A stretch of 64,000 nt of DNA. Origin: Eledone cirrhosa (Eukaryota). Numbering within the stretch: the stretch's first letter is position 1; every line of letters starts with the position of its first letter. The stretch is taken from positions 312,294,001 to 312,358,000 of the forward strand of contig OZ024740.1 in assembly GCA_964016885.1 (NCBI GenBank), given 5' to 3'. Below are positions 40,729 through 53,345 of the stretch, one piece after another. The notes under the pieces were generated by a model that saw only the letters and a list, made by a program, of their open reading frames with translations, was not told the origin of the DNA and made no database searches. The position numbers and the translations under genes were made by a program.

Positions 40729-43700
40729 TGTAAATGACTACAACCTGCACGAGGATACCTTAAACGATGATCACCTATCACAAAAAATATTGGTCACACT
40801 GCATACATCCTACGGACACATTGAGTTCTAACGTTATCAGCCCCATCACAACCAGGTGGATTACGATATATATATATATATATATATGTGTTTGTTTGTG
40901 TGTGATCATTCATCATTGCTTTTATGTCCAGTTTGCAATGTGGCATAAGTTGCACAGTTGTTACAGCCCTCTTTCATGGATAGAAAAAACAGCTCATTCA
41001 TTGTTTTTGGCTTAATTTCTACAGCTTGATGTCCTTAATACCAACCACTTCCCATAGCGTGTTGGTGTATTTTATTTTGGCACCTGCACTAGAGAGAGTA
41101 GAGAGCTCTCTCTACTCTAAGTGTGCCTGTTAGATCAGTAACCACTTTAGAGAATGTACTGAGTACATTTGTCATGGCAACAACACTGGAGGGGTTGCTT
41201 TGTCTTTTGAAATGCTAAGAAGTTCTCTCCATTGTAAACCACTGTTCTTTGAAGACAAATGTGACTGGAAACAATGATTCAGGTTAGGTATTCCTTGTTT
41301 ATCCAATATCGTCATCACCGTTTAATGCCTATTTTCCATACATATATGGGTTAATACTTGTCAGTTTATATGTAGCTATATAATATGCATTTCAGTTTAC
41401 AAATGAGAGTCAAAAAGTACTTAAAACATGTAATATAAGTTTATTCATTTCTTTGAAGCTATGGCTATCTATTGCATTGGTGTGTTAAATATAAGTACCG
41501 CTGAAGTGAAGCCCCAACTTTGAATAAATGGCTATATATTGACTTGGAAATTGTTTTCTGTTTTCTAACCTAAATCTTTTGTAACAGATTTAGCTTTAAG
41601 TAATACTAACGAGCTTCACTCATGCATATTTATGTAACTATGATGTCATTCAAAAAGGTGACTGTATTATTCTAACTGTGGCAACATACCAATACATTTC
41701 ACCTCATATAACATAAGATTTATGTTGTTTTAGTTACAAATATATAAAATGTTTTAAACATTTTTACTTGGCAATTAAAATATGTAATAGAATTGGCTAA
41801 TCTAGAATGTTTTGATACTAAAGCTGTAACAATTTACCTATAAAAAGAGAAAGAGGAAAAAAATTAAATAACGGAAAAGGGGGAAGGGAGAGGCAGATTC
41901 TACAGCCCTGTCTAGACATTGTTTCTCAGCAGTGTCTGTTGGCAAGATGGCAAAAATATTGCCACAGAACAGTTTTATCTTCTGGCAAGATGCACTCCTC
42001 CCAATTTTGCAGAGGAAAACAGAAGTCTAAGGACCGATGACACTGGAAGTCTTAACCAGCAAAAAAAAATATCAGTTAAATATCTTCTGCTCTTGTGTTA
42101 TGGACAGCAGTGCCAAGGTGTGTGACTAAAGGAACAAGGTATTTTTGCAATAAACAGACATTTCTCAACTGGTTGGTTAGATAAAGAAAAAGATCCTATG
42201 CTAAACAGTTAAGTTATTTGCTTATACCTAGATGTTCATATTACAAAAATGAGCCAACAAAGGATGTGCTATATAGCTTAGCCACCTAGAAATAGGAGCC
42301 AAAATTAACCTCACATTACAGCCTACCCACAAAAAATTCTTTTGATCATAGGTCCTATTCAGTTCCCAGCTGATGTAGCAAGAAACCTGATCTAAATTGT
42401 ATAATACTTGTTCATAAAGCATGGAGCCGTTCTTTCTATTTCATTCATTGTAAGAGACAAACATTACAAATGCAGATTAAATAAATGCCTTGCAGCAACT
42501 AGTGCCCCTCTTCATCCTTCTAGAGTCAATAAAATAAAATAATTTGGTCATGGTACTAGTTGATTCAATTGATTATATTTTGTATTCCTTTCAACTATTG
42601 TGTGGCCTTGTGCCAAAGTTAGTTTGGTTAATTATTAATATTAGAAACCCGCCCATTTTAAACTCAGTTTTTATTTGTTCATATTGATTAGTTATTGATA
42701 ACCAAACATATTTTGTCCCAAATGAAAATATTTATCTCTTATTAGTGTGCAAGTGAGAGGTTTTCATAAATGCCTAGTGGTATTTGTTTTCGTTCTGCAT
42801 GCTGAATTCAACTTCGCTTTTCATGGTTGTTGAAACAAAGTGCTACTTCAGTGTTGGATTGTTGTAATTGTTAGACTATCAAATGAGATGTCTTACAGTA
42901 TGTGTTGTTTTTTTTCTGTGTTCTGAGCTCCAATCCTACTGTTACCAGGTTTAACACCACCACCTGGCCCCTTGGGTACTTTTAGCAGAGTCTACTCTGT
43001 TGCAAGTATTGAGGATACTTTCCTCCTCACCCCAATCAGTTTCTGAAAACAGCCATGAGCTCTGCTCTTCTTTCTCTGACTAAACAGTAAAAATTTATTT
43101 TTTCTATAAATAAAGGCACGTGTCAGATCTTTTATTATTGGCTAGTCACAGTCACATCTTATTACAGCTATATATGTGGTCCACTGGATACTTGATTTTT
43201 TATTGTCATCAGTCATTTAAGTTTGCATCTGTCCTTCACTATCTGAAGTGATTAAAGAAATTTGAATAAATTTCAGAATGCTGTTGGTGGTTACTTTTTG
43301 TTTAACCTCAAGTCAGCTCTGATCAAAGGCATTTTCACCATGACCGTCTCATCTTATTTTTAGACAATAACCCTTGCCAGCATAGAACAGAAGATGCAAA
43401 ATAAAGACAATGATACATTGGGATATATTTAGGATTACATTCTCCCCTTCTCTAAAATGGCAAGGTCTGCTTTGAGGGTAATTAGGCTGTTGTTTCTATT
43501 AGGTTGAGTGACCACATAGTTTACTCCCTCACTGTATTGTGATACTACTTTGTAGTGGTGGTGGTGGAGAGGGAATAAAGTGCATAGTTGACAACTCCCA
43601 TTATCACCAACAACTTTCTTCTCTTAGGTTTTACATTTCCAAATAAATTTGTGACTTTGAGTCAATTTAACACTAGTTTATTTTTCTTTAGGTTAGTTTT

Positions 43701-45539
43701 GAAAGTAAATTCCTGATGTGCATAGGCTACAGTGGCAGATTTAGACTGAGGCTTTAAGTTATATAAAAAATTACACAAATAGGTCTCATAAAAATTGGAA
43801 GTAGTATTATTTCTCCTTTTCCACGTTAGCATGGCTTTTTGTGGCAGAATTCTATGGTTGGACACCCTTCCTGATGCCAAACCTAAGTAAGTAGCATACG
43901 GATTTTCATGTAACTAATTGCTGAACAGAAGGATCTTTTGTCAAATTGTTTTCAGTAACAGTGTATCTCATCAACATTATCCAATGTCTTTTTTTTTAAA
44001 CAGTAGGGTGAGGTCTGCAGGAGATTCAGCTGCTATTTCTAGCAGGTCAAGTGACCACCACATAGGCTCTCCCATTGTAGAAAAAAAATGTTGATTAAAT
44101 TGACTTTAGTATATTGCTAGTATTTATTGTATCAACTTTCAGAGGATTTGAAGTCTGACTATAGAAACTGTCACTGCAACTTCACCTCTCTTAGGTAGAA
44201 CTAAATATTGGTTTCTTATGCAGGCTGAAGTTCAGAAATTTGAGGAGAGGGAACAGCCAATTATTTTGACTAGTATCAGTTTATTTTATTGAACCCAGAG
44301 CGAAATCAACCTTGTTGAGATTTTAATTCAGAACGTAAGAACTATGACTAAATACTTCAAGGCACTTTGTTCAACTTTCTAATGGATCTGCTAATTCAAT
44401 GGCCTAGTGAAAGACATTTAATTTGGAACTATTGACGTTTCTACCATTTTAAACCATTAATTTTTACTTCCTATATAAAGGCAGAGTTTTGAAATTTATA
44501 AAATAAAGATAAAGCACTGTTACATTTATGCATTTCTCATGGTTGTCATTGGTATAAAGAAATAGCATTGCTCTGGAATTGAAACTGGTCCACAGACTTC
44601 ATTCACCGTAAATGTTTTGCCGCTAGTTTCCTAATATTTTTTACTAGACACAAAACCAATATAATATTTGTTGTCCAGTTCATTATCATAATATTATTTA
44701 AATCTTAAAATAACAAGCAAATGTTACATAATAAAAAAAAAAAGAAGGAAAATGTTAAAATTTCATTTACATAGAATGGTTAGCATCACCATTTCCTCTA
44801 TTTTTCATGTTGCATGAGTTAGACTGGTTATCATGTTCAGATGACCAAATGTTGCTCATACCTTTCATTCCAACAAGGTTTCTACAACTGAATGCCAACC
44901 ATGTCACAGCCTGCACCAGGCGCATTTTACCATAGCAATGCCACGATCATTTGAGAATGGGCATGGTGCTTTTTATCATAGCATCAGCACTACCAGTTCA
45001 GATTGGGTTGGGTTCATTTTACTATGGCACCAACACTACCACTTTACAGTGTGGGCTGCATGCATTTTGTTATGGTACTAGCACTATCACCTAATGCTAG
45101 GGCACTTTTGGTGTCAAGCTGATTTTAGTTAACAATATTGTTGGTAGTCAAAGTGCTTTCATGTTACATTTTAAAAACAAGTCAGCCTGTTGAGGTACTA
45201 CATATTTCAAAGTTATATACAAGGTAGCACTTCAAGTCAACAAAACTCTGCTCCCACTTCCTGTGGTACCAGATTATAGCTATATAGAAAGGGCAGGCAA
45301 GAGTTAATTAGCTTGGCCATAGGTACAGTAGAGCAGATAATGGAATATAAAATTTGTTGGAGCCACTGGTCAAGTTGGTTGCTACTCAACTAAATTCTAT
45401 ATTGTTATTACTGCTAAACTGTATTAGCAACATAGTTCATTAATCTTTTCCATGCTTGCTGGAGTTGAAGTCTTCTTCAGTACAGCTTGCCTTCATTTAT
45501 TACATTCTTTCTGTTTGTGAGATACAGCATTCTGAAATC

Positions 45540-45710
45540 AGCTCTCCCCTCTTCTGCTTAGATTTTCTTTGGTCATCCCCTTCCCCCAATGATCATTTAT
45601 ATACATATGTCCATTTCGGTACTATCTTCTCTCTTACACACTGCGTCTAATTCCTCTTATGCTCAGTTTCTCCTTCAACTCATCTGAGCTTTGTTGTTTA
45701 TACACATCCA
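45540..45710 (-). mobile_element. Short RTE remnant
   Basis: Minus strand EKLSIRGIRRSV matches EKLGIRGIRCCL of the 19.4-19.9 kb RTE. Confidence 0.5.
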
Positions 45711-47677
45711 GTGAAGCATGCTACTCCAAATCCTTCATTTGGTGAGAGAATCCCTTTGTTGCCAGTAAAGGTTATAGCTCCCTGAACCTTTTTTCCACTG
45801 TCTATTTCCTGCTTACTACGCACCTTCCTCCATTGGTAATTTAGTCACCTGGATACGAGAAGCTATCAACTACTTTTATTGAAACTAGTTTATTTTGCTG
45901 GTGCTCTTATTACTAACAACCCATGAGCATCTTCCACACATTTTTTTTTCTTAGCCACTTGTGATTCAAGTACACTGGATGGAGTTTCTACCTACTTTGC
46001 TGCAAATTGAGCATGATACTGCCTTCTTTCCTACAACTTTGACCTTTGTTAAGTTTACCCTAAGGCCTATTTGCATGCTTAGAAAACATTTAAAACTTGC
46101 AGTAGGATAAAAATTGGGCTTATAATTGATCAGTTTCAAATTAGTTGGCCATCTTCAGGGTTCTCACAGCCTATCATGTGTCTTCAAAGAAAAAACAATA
46201 TAAATAATAAAGAAAAAAATGATTTCTTGAATCTTTTTATTTCAAAAATCATATACAGCGGCTAAATTATCGATGTTGAACTCTTATTAAAAACTATGGA
46301 ACCAATAAGAATTAAAAATCAAATTGTTCACTTCAATTCAATATGTATTAATAATGCATATACTGATTAGTTTATCAGCCCCTGAGAAGGGTAAATGGTG
46401 AAGTCATTGGGATTCAAACTCAAGATAGGAAATATGAAAATGGTATTGAATTCCTGTGGAATATACAATTAACATAGGTAGTATTTTGTCATACTATCTT
46501 CTGTACATAAAAATGTAACTGAAGGAATATTAAAGTATGAATCTAATGGGAAACAAAACTGCCATTTTCCAACTATGACATATTTATACATATGCAACAT
46601 ACCATTGTTGATGGTTAGCCCATTTAGGGGCAGACCTGTAATAAAAGACACTCAAGTCATAATCATATCATTGTTTTGTATATCCGACTAATTTGTTCAA
46701 TGTGTGCTTTTCTTTTATAAGCATAGAATGTGATTTCGCTGCTATTTCTAGGAGGTTGAGTGACTGCATAAGCATACAGATTTCTTTGTTTGCCATATTT
46801 CTCACACTATTAATTTTGTTAAAAATGGTGACAATGTTGTCAAAGCATCAGTTTAAATTTCTCACGGTATTTATTCCAGCTCCAGGGTCAACTTTATCCC
46901 ACGAGGGGGCAATGGATTTGTGGAATCATTAGTCATATATGATGCCTTGTGGTATCTATTTCAGCCTTTTGCATTCCAAGTTCACCTCCAAACACCACTG
47001 GCTCTTCCCTTTCCATTGGACAACATCAGTTGTGAGGATAGAGGAAACTTGCATGCACAGACTTCCAAAAAGCTATGCCCAAGTGTGCATCTTGAAGTAT
47101 ATTACAGAGACAGATTTGTGATCTTACAAGACATATGGAAGCCCCAGATATTGTTTAAACTGGTAACCTCCTGTTACAAGTATGGAGATTTAGTTCTTTA
47201 TTTGTTGGTTTAGACAATTCTGAATTCTAGCCAAGTTTATCAATAGTCATTCAGCTTTTCATCACCAACCTTAATAAACTAAGTAGCGGATTGACTGAAA
47301 GAGATGAATGATTTTTTTTTGTGTGCATGTGTGTTCCAGAATCAACTAAATGTTTGGATATAAACAAATGTGTAGCAGAAATGTTTTCTAGTTTGATTTT
47401 TAATTATTTTTTGTTGTTTAGTCTTGGGATAAGTTGGATTGATCATGCCTATGATTAAAGGCATTCATTTCAGCTACGACCATCCCATCTGTTTGTTGGT
47501 CTGAAGAAGAGAGGTACAGGAGATAAAAGGACTGCATTCACCTAGAGAGCTACTGCTAATTAGGTGAGGTTAGTGCTGTTGATGTTCAGTTTAATCATTG
47601 CAGGTGAATACATGTTCTAAATGAGGTGTGAGAGATAAGACTAACTGAATAGTAATAGGGAAAGAGTTAGGTGCATT

Positions 47678-48106
47678 CTATGGGTGGGTGAAGGATGTAT
47701 ATTCCATCAAAATTTGAAAAGCAGAAACTGTTGGAGTAATGGAAGAACGTATAGGAGACAGCTTGATAGTGGACCAATATTGCAATAATTTCCCCAAGGT
47801 TATATTTTCAAAGCTTGATTTTACTGAATCTCTGAGAAGTGGTGAGATTTTAATGATTGCATGTCCTCTCAAGTCCCCCAGAAAGAAATTCGTAATTGTT
47901 TTGCAGAGAGCTGCTGTTGAATTCATCAGCAGTCTCAACTCGCCATCCCTGAGTTTGTGTACCCTCACTTCCCCATTACTAGCACTTTTTTCAGTCGCCT
48001 CATCAAGATATAGGCATATTAGACAGAGGTGTTCCTCGTAGTAACTTTGAATAAGAACCAACTCATCCAACAAGGATGATGATGATGATAATGAGTGGAA
48101 ATGCTT
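47678..48106 (-). other. Unidentified ~140-codon open frame
   Basis: Stop-free, non-repetitive frame (LDELVLIQSYYEEHLCLICLYLDE...QILMEYTSFTHP*) with an in-register antisense shadow ORF; no recognised motif. Confidence 0.3.
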
Positions 48107-48119
48107 CTAAGCTCTAAGA

Positions 48120-48344
48120 TACATTTTAACACTTGATTCCAAACCACTTGAACAAAACTTGATTTTAAAGTGTTTATATTTATCTAAAAACCTTGTACCA
48201 TAATTTTTTGTAAGAACCATTGTTAGATTCCACAAACCAGCTTAATAATGAGAAAGTAATTTTACTAAATCCCTTCAAATTCTTGATTATTTTCAAAATC
48301 AAAGGCTGTGTCTTTTATTAGAAATATGGTAATGAAAGGGTTAA
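48120..48344. mobile_element. Decayed piggyBac-like MITE end
   Basis: Ends AAAGGG-TTAA. The body (cagcttaataatg..aaatccc..agaaatatg) resembles 20030-20150, and similar TTAA-CCC termini occur at 17242-17252, 32094-32103 and 51601-51612. Confidence 0.45.
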
Positions 48345-51300
48345 ATGCCACTGCTCATTTCTAACAAATAAGAGAGATCTACTGTACATCTTGAATAAGA
48401 CACATTCAAACAATATTCTATCTCATAACTATTTTTAACAACTAGCTGAACTGAGATACTGTAAAAGAAAGTGTTCTAGCCAGAAACAACAAAATGCCTG
48501 CAGTGGATTTGAACTCATGACCTGGTAGTCCAGTACATTATTCTCTTGGTAATTCAGTCTCTAGAGATACTGTATCAATTTATGTGGTCTTATCAAGCTA
48601 TTGTAGCAATAAAGAAGAGTTGTCAACCCATTTTCTCTTAATTATTTCATTCTTGTTTGGAGAACTTATCTTTCTGATATCAAGAAAAGGGCAGTGCCTT
48701 TTGATCAACTTTTTTCTTTTGTCCACCACAACCTACCCCTGATCTTTCACTCCATCCCTAACCTACCATCATAAATCAAGGTCTTACTTTTTGAGGTGCG
48801 GTTTTCTGGCATTTGAACTGTAGGGTGAGAAGGTCTTATATAGGCTTGGAGACTCAGATATGTTGGTAATGATCATAGAGTTCCAACTGAGAACTAAAAC
48901 AGGAAGGTTGTTTCATCTTGCTGACAACTTACCTTTGAATCATATTACCTGCCAAAATAATAATTATTTCTTTAATTGACAACAAAACAAGAATGTTATT
49001 ACACCACAATACAAATTTAACGATAAAAAAAATAAGAATGTAAAAGTAGTGAGTAACTATCTATGTTTATATATATATATCATCATCGTTTAATGTCCAT
49101 CTCCCATGCTAGAGGTGAGATTGGTCGGGAGACCGTGTCTGGCAGGGTTTCTATGACTGGATACCCTTCCTAACACCAACCACAAAGAGAGAGAGAGAGA
49201 GATTGGCAACAGATACAATAAAAACCAGACAAGTGCAAGTACAGACGAAAAAGGAACGAAATGTTATCAGCTGTCAAAATGTTCTTACAGTTTCAACTTC
49301 AACTGGACAGTACTGCTGGTCCATTCGGGGTCACAATGTTTAACAAACACTTTTCTGGAGTATTTTAAAAGATGAAGAATGAGACAAAAATACAGTACAG
49401 AATGCAAACATGAACGATAGCCATGTGTATTTAATTTAGAATGCGTACACTGTATCCTTGCATGACTAAAAGAGTTAGTGTTAAGAAGGGCACCTGGTTC
49501 TAAAACATTGCCTCAAAAAGTCCTGTCCAACCCATGCCAACAAGGAAAAGTCAATGTTAAAATAATGATATTGCATACACACATGATTTATTCACAAAGT
49601 ACTCAACCTAACAATATGTACTGATATTTTTTTCACCTCTCAAAAGCAATGACAAAAGACTGAGATTTCTGGTGTTACGCAGTAATACAGAAAACCCAAA
49701 TTACCATGAACAGAGGCCATACCTGAAGCATATATATAGTGTGCCCCTACCCACTCATTCCCATGACGACAAGCTGAAGTTACATCCAGTGAAGCCTCCA
49801 GCCCACACTGTAAAGTGGTTGTGTAGGTGGCACTAGGAAGAGCATCCAGCTGTAGAAATAGAAACCAAGCCAAAATCTGTTCTGTATGAGCAGTACATGG
49901 TCACCTGATCTAGCATTGCTCACAACAGGATAACTCGTCTAACCCATGCCAGCGTGGAAAAATAGACGTTAGACAGTGATGATATTTTTACAGGTTTAAA
50001 TGACAGTTGGAGAATATTCTGAAGTGCTACCAAGTGTTTGGCATTTTAGCCAAAACGGAAATAATTCCAATGAACAGAGATAAACCGCCATCATATACAA
50101 CTGAAATGCATTCTGGGCAGATTGTTCAACTTACTAGAAATAGCAGCCAAATTCTCTTTAAAAAAAAAAGGTTACATTGGACAATGTAGGTATTCTATCT
50201 GACATTTTTATGATTCTGTCACTTCACCCATTTTTTTAAGTGGTGAAAAGCTGGAATAATGTTTGAACAGATTTACAAGCATTTTGCAGACTTGGCAAGA
50301 TCATAAGGCTACTTTTTAAAATATCAAATGTCAGAAGATGAAACTCTCTTGTCACTTTACATCCAGAAACTAAAAGATAATCCAAAAAGCCAAGATGTTC
50401 AGAACAGGAACCAGTCACAGAAACTATTAAAGCTTTCAGTTTCTTTTTTTTTGTTTATTGTCAAGATGAATGTGAGCTAGTAGAAAGTGTCAGGAAAATA
50501 CCACTTTGTTTATATCTACATACCAGCCAAATGCTATTCACCCACTTCAGCCAATCCACTAATTTTATTAAGGTGGGTGGTGAAGGGCTGAATAATTCTT
50601 GATTAACATGATCAGAACCAGATTTGTGTTAAGCAACAAATAACTAAACCCTTCAAACGGAAGCTTTCAGTTCTGACCATATATTCTTTCAGCCCTAATA
50701 ATACCAAAGATTGTTTCAGCACACAATAGTAGGTATTTCACATAAATTAAGTTGTACTACTCTTGGGAAGAGGCAGCGGATTGGCGAAGTTATTAAAACG
50801 TCGGATAGAATGTTTTGCGGCTGTCTTGTGCTGTGTTCAAATCAGCGAGGCTAACTTTGCTTTCCATCCATTTGAGGTCGATAAAAAGTACTAGGCTATT
50901 ATTAGGTTGGATTCTTCCTATCTATCTTCTCACCTTTGAAAATATTTCGGTTGGGTTCAGACCTGGATGAGCTCCGCCAGGCGTTACGGTCCATACACAA
51001 ATACTCTTGGGAATCGTGGTAGATTAGCAGAATCAGTAGAGCGTCGGACAAAATGAATAACAGTATTTGGTGACGGCTTTTACGGTCATCCTTCCGGATT
51101 TGAAGGTTTTAAGAGAAACTATTATATGTAAAGGAAATTGTATTGTTTCGTTCTTTCCATTTTGGTTGCAGCGTATACATACACACAAAATAAGCACATC
51201 TCATTCTTTCAATAGAAACAAAAAGTACATTTCGTTAACATTTTGGTTTTCAGTTTTCCGCCATAAAATTTTAGTTACACTTTAATAGAAACCTAAAATA

Positions 51301-51772
51301 AGACTAAGCTCAGTCAAGTACTGACTGTAAACCTCGTCCCCAAAAGTGACCTCTTGGAAAAAGCATGGATATCAAAATAACACCCACCCGTAAAAATATT
51401 TGGAAAATCTGATTTTTCAACGCAAAAATTTGTTAATTATCTTAAAAACCCCCATAAAAATCGAACTCGTTGAAAATATGATTTATCGCTTACGTCAATG
51501 AAATTTAAAACAGAGATTACGCAGTTTATATTATCGATATCATAGGAAACATTCTAACCACGTGGATAACTATATTATGAGTGTAAGGTAACTGACACCT
51601 CCGATGGGTTAAGCGATATTTTATTAATCCGGTCGTGATTAAAAAATATTGGAATTCGCCGATTCCTTGACACAGGAAGATAACTGATGGAATGGATAAA
51701 TAAAAAATAAATACAAAAACTTTTCAATAAAACTATTTTCAAAAACAACCTTTGCGACGTGGGTTACACACA

Positions 51773-51775
<3 letters not shown>

Positions 51776-51832
<57 letters not shown>
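51776..51832. repeat. (TA)n(GA)n microsatellite
   Basis: Directly visible. Confidence 0.95.
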
Positions 51833-53239
51833 TAGGAGAAAGTATTAAGAAAAAAAAAGAGAGAGATAGTTAATGAAAATAAGCAGCCATTTGTTGAAAC
51901 AGGAACTACTTAAGTAAGACATTTAATAGTTCCGTGTATTTCCTTATCAAATATATAATTAGTAGTTGGGAAAAGTAGAAAGTAAAAAAAAAAAAATTAG
52001 TTTGGTGACAAGTGTAAATTTGATTGTATTGAAAAAGTAAAATTGTGCTTAAAGTCTTTATACAAAAAAATGTCTGTGCTTATTTTCTATTTTACGTGCT
52101 GAATTAATATAATGCATAAACAAAACATGAAAATAGATACGGAATTTACAACAATTATAGTGAAAAGTGAGTCTTGCGAGACGGGCGTTAACGAAAAATA
52201 GTTCGTTAAGCTGAGCCAAAGAAAAAAGTCATTATAGAATGAGGAAAAAAAAAATTCATAATATTGACATAACCAATATCGCGAATTTAACATTTTGCAC
52301 GGTGAAATAAAAAGTAAGCAAACCGTGGCAGTTGATCTGGTTTTCACTCTCTAATTAAGCAATTTCATTTCATTGCTGTTAGTAATGTCCTTGAAAAAAA
52401 AGTACGTATATATATATACGGCATCCTTAATTTCCCCCATCCTCTATAAACCTAAAACTGATAATATAAAATCGATTTGCCATTGAATTTACAGTAACGA
52501 AATAACAACATAGAGAGGTAGAGATCATAACATTTAGTTGTTTAGCCCTAGAGCAAGTTTCAACGAGCAGATATATGATCAAAGGCATTCAATTGATTAC
52601 CATATCTTTTTAGGAGTACATAAAACTACACACTATCTAACGTGCAATATTCTTATATGATAAGGTGGGGGGGTTTGAGGAACATTTGACCGCTAACCTC
52701 AAGCAGGTCGGGCTACCACGTAGTCTTTTATAATGATCATAACGTACCAATTTCCATGCATTATTCACCTCTAACTTAATATTTATATATGTAATGGGAA
52801 TAGTCAAAACATAAATTATACATACTTCTGTACATCACCTATAAAAATTGTTGGAGGGGGAGAAAAAAAAGATCGAACAGCGAATTAATTTCTAGATACC
52901 TGAGAAGGAGGGGGGATGAGATAGTAAAGGTGTGAGAAGCTGGAAAATAAATAGTTCGGTAGCTAAACTGACGTCATCGTTTATTGAGTTTGATGTAGCA
53001 ATGTCGTCATGAGTAAAAAATACGTGGGAGTGTTTTACAGCTCTTTGCGTAGTAATAAAATCAGAGGAGGTTAAAAATTCCACTCAACTCACACAACCGC
53101 AACACAAACTTTGTATACATACGCGTTGCTGTTCTTCTCTTCCTCCTCCTTTACAGCTATAGAAGAGAGAGAGAGAGAGAGAGAGGACAACAAAAGCAAT
53201 AGTGTGAGAGAGAGTAAGAGAGGGGGAGGATTGAGTTGT

Positions 53240-53345
53240 ATGGCGGCGTTGTGCTGTGACGCTGTAGTTGACGTGGCCACTACGTATTCTGCTAATTTAT
53301 CCACTCCGATTGCGGCAAAGTTGGTGACGAAAAGTACGTTAACTG
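53240..53345 (+). CDS. Probable first coding exon of an unidentified gene
   Basis: ATG GCG GCG start; MAALCCDAVVDVATTYSANLSTPIAAKLVTKSTLT, then consensus donor G|gtaagt (phase 1), preceded by a GA-rich leader inside the CpG-rich region. Confidence 0.55.

Noticed and set aside
41091-41120. agagtagagag/ctctctctactct palindrome
   Set aside because: Short and low-complexity, inside a SINE remnant.
46920-47213. 97-aa + strand ORF
   Set aside because: No recognisable motif or convincing splice frame; it overlaps a SINE remnant at the 5' end.
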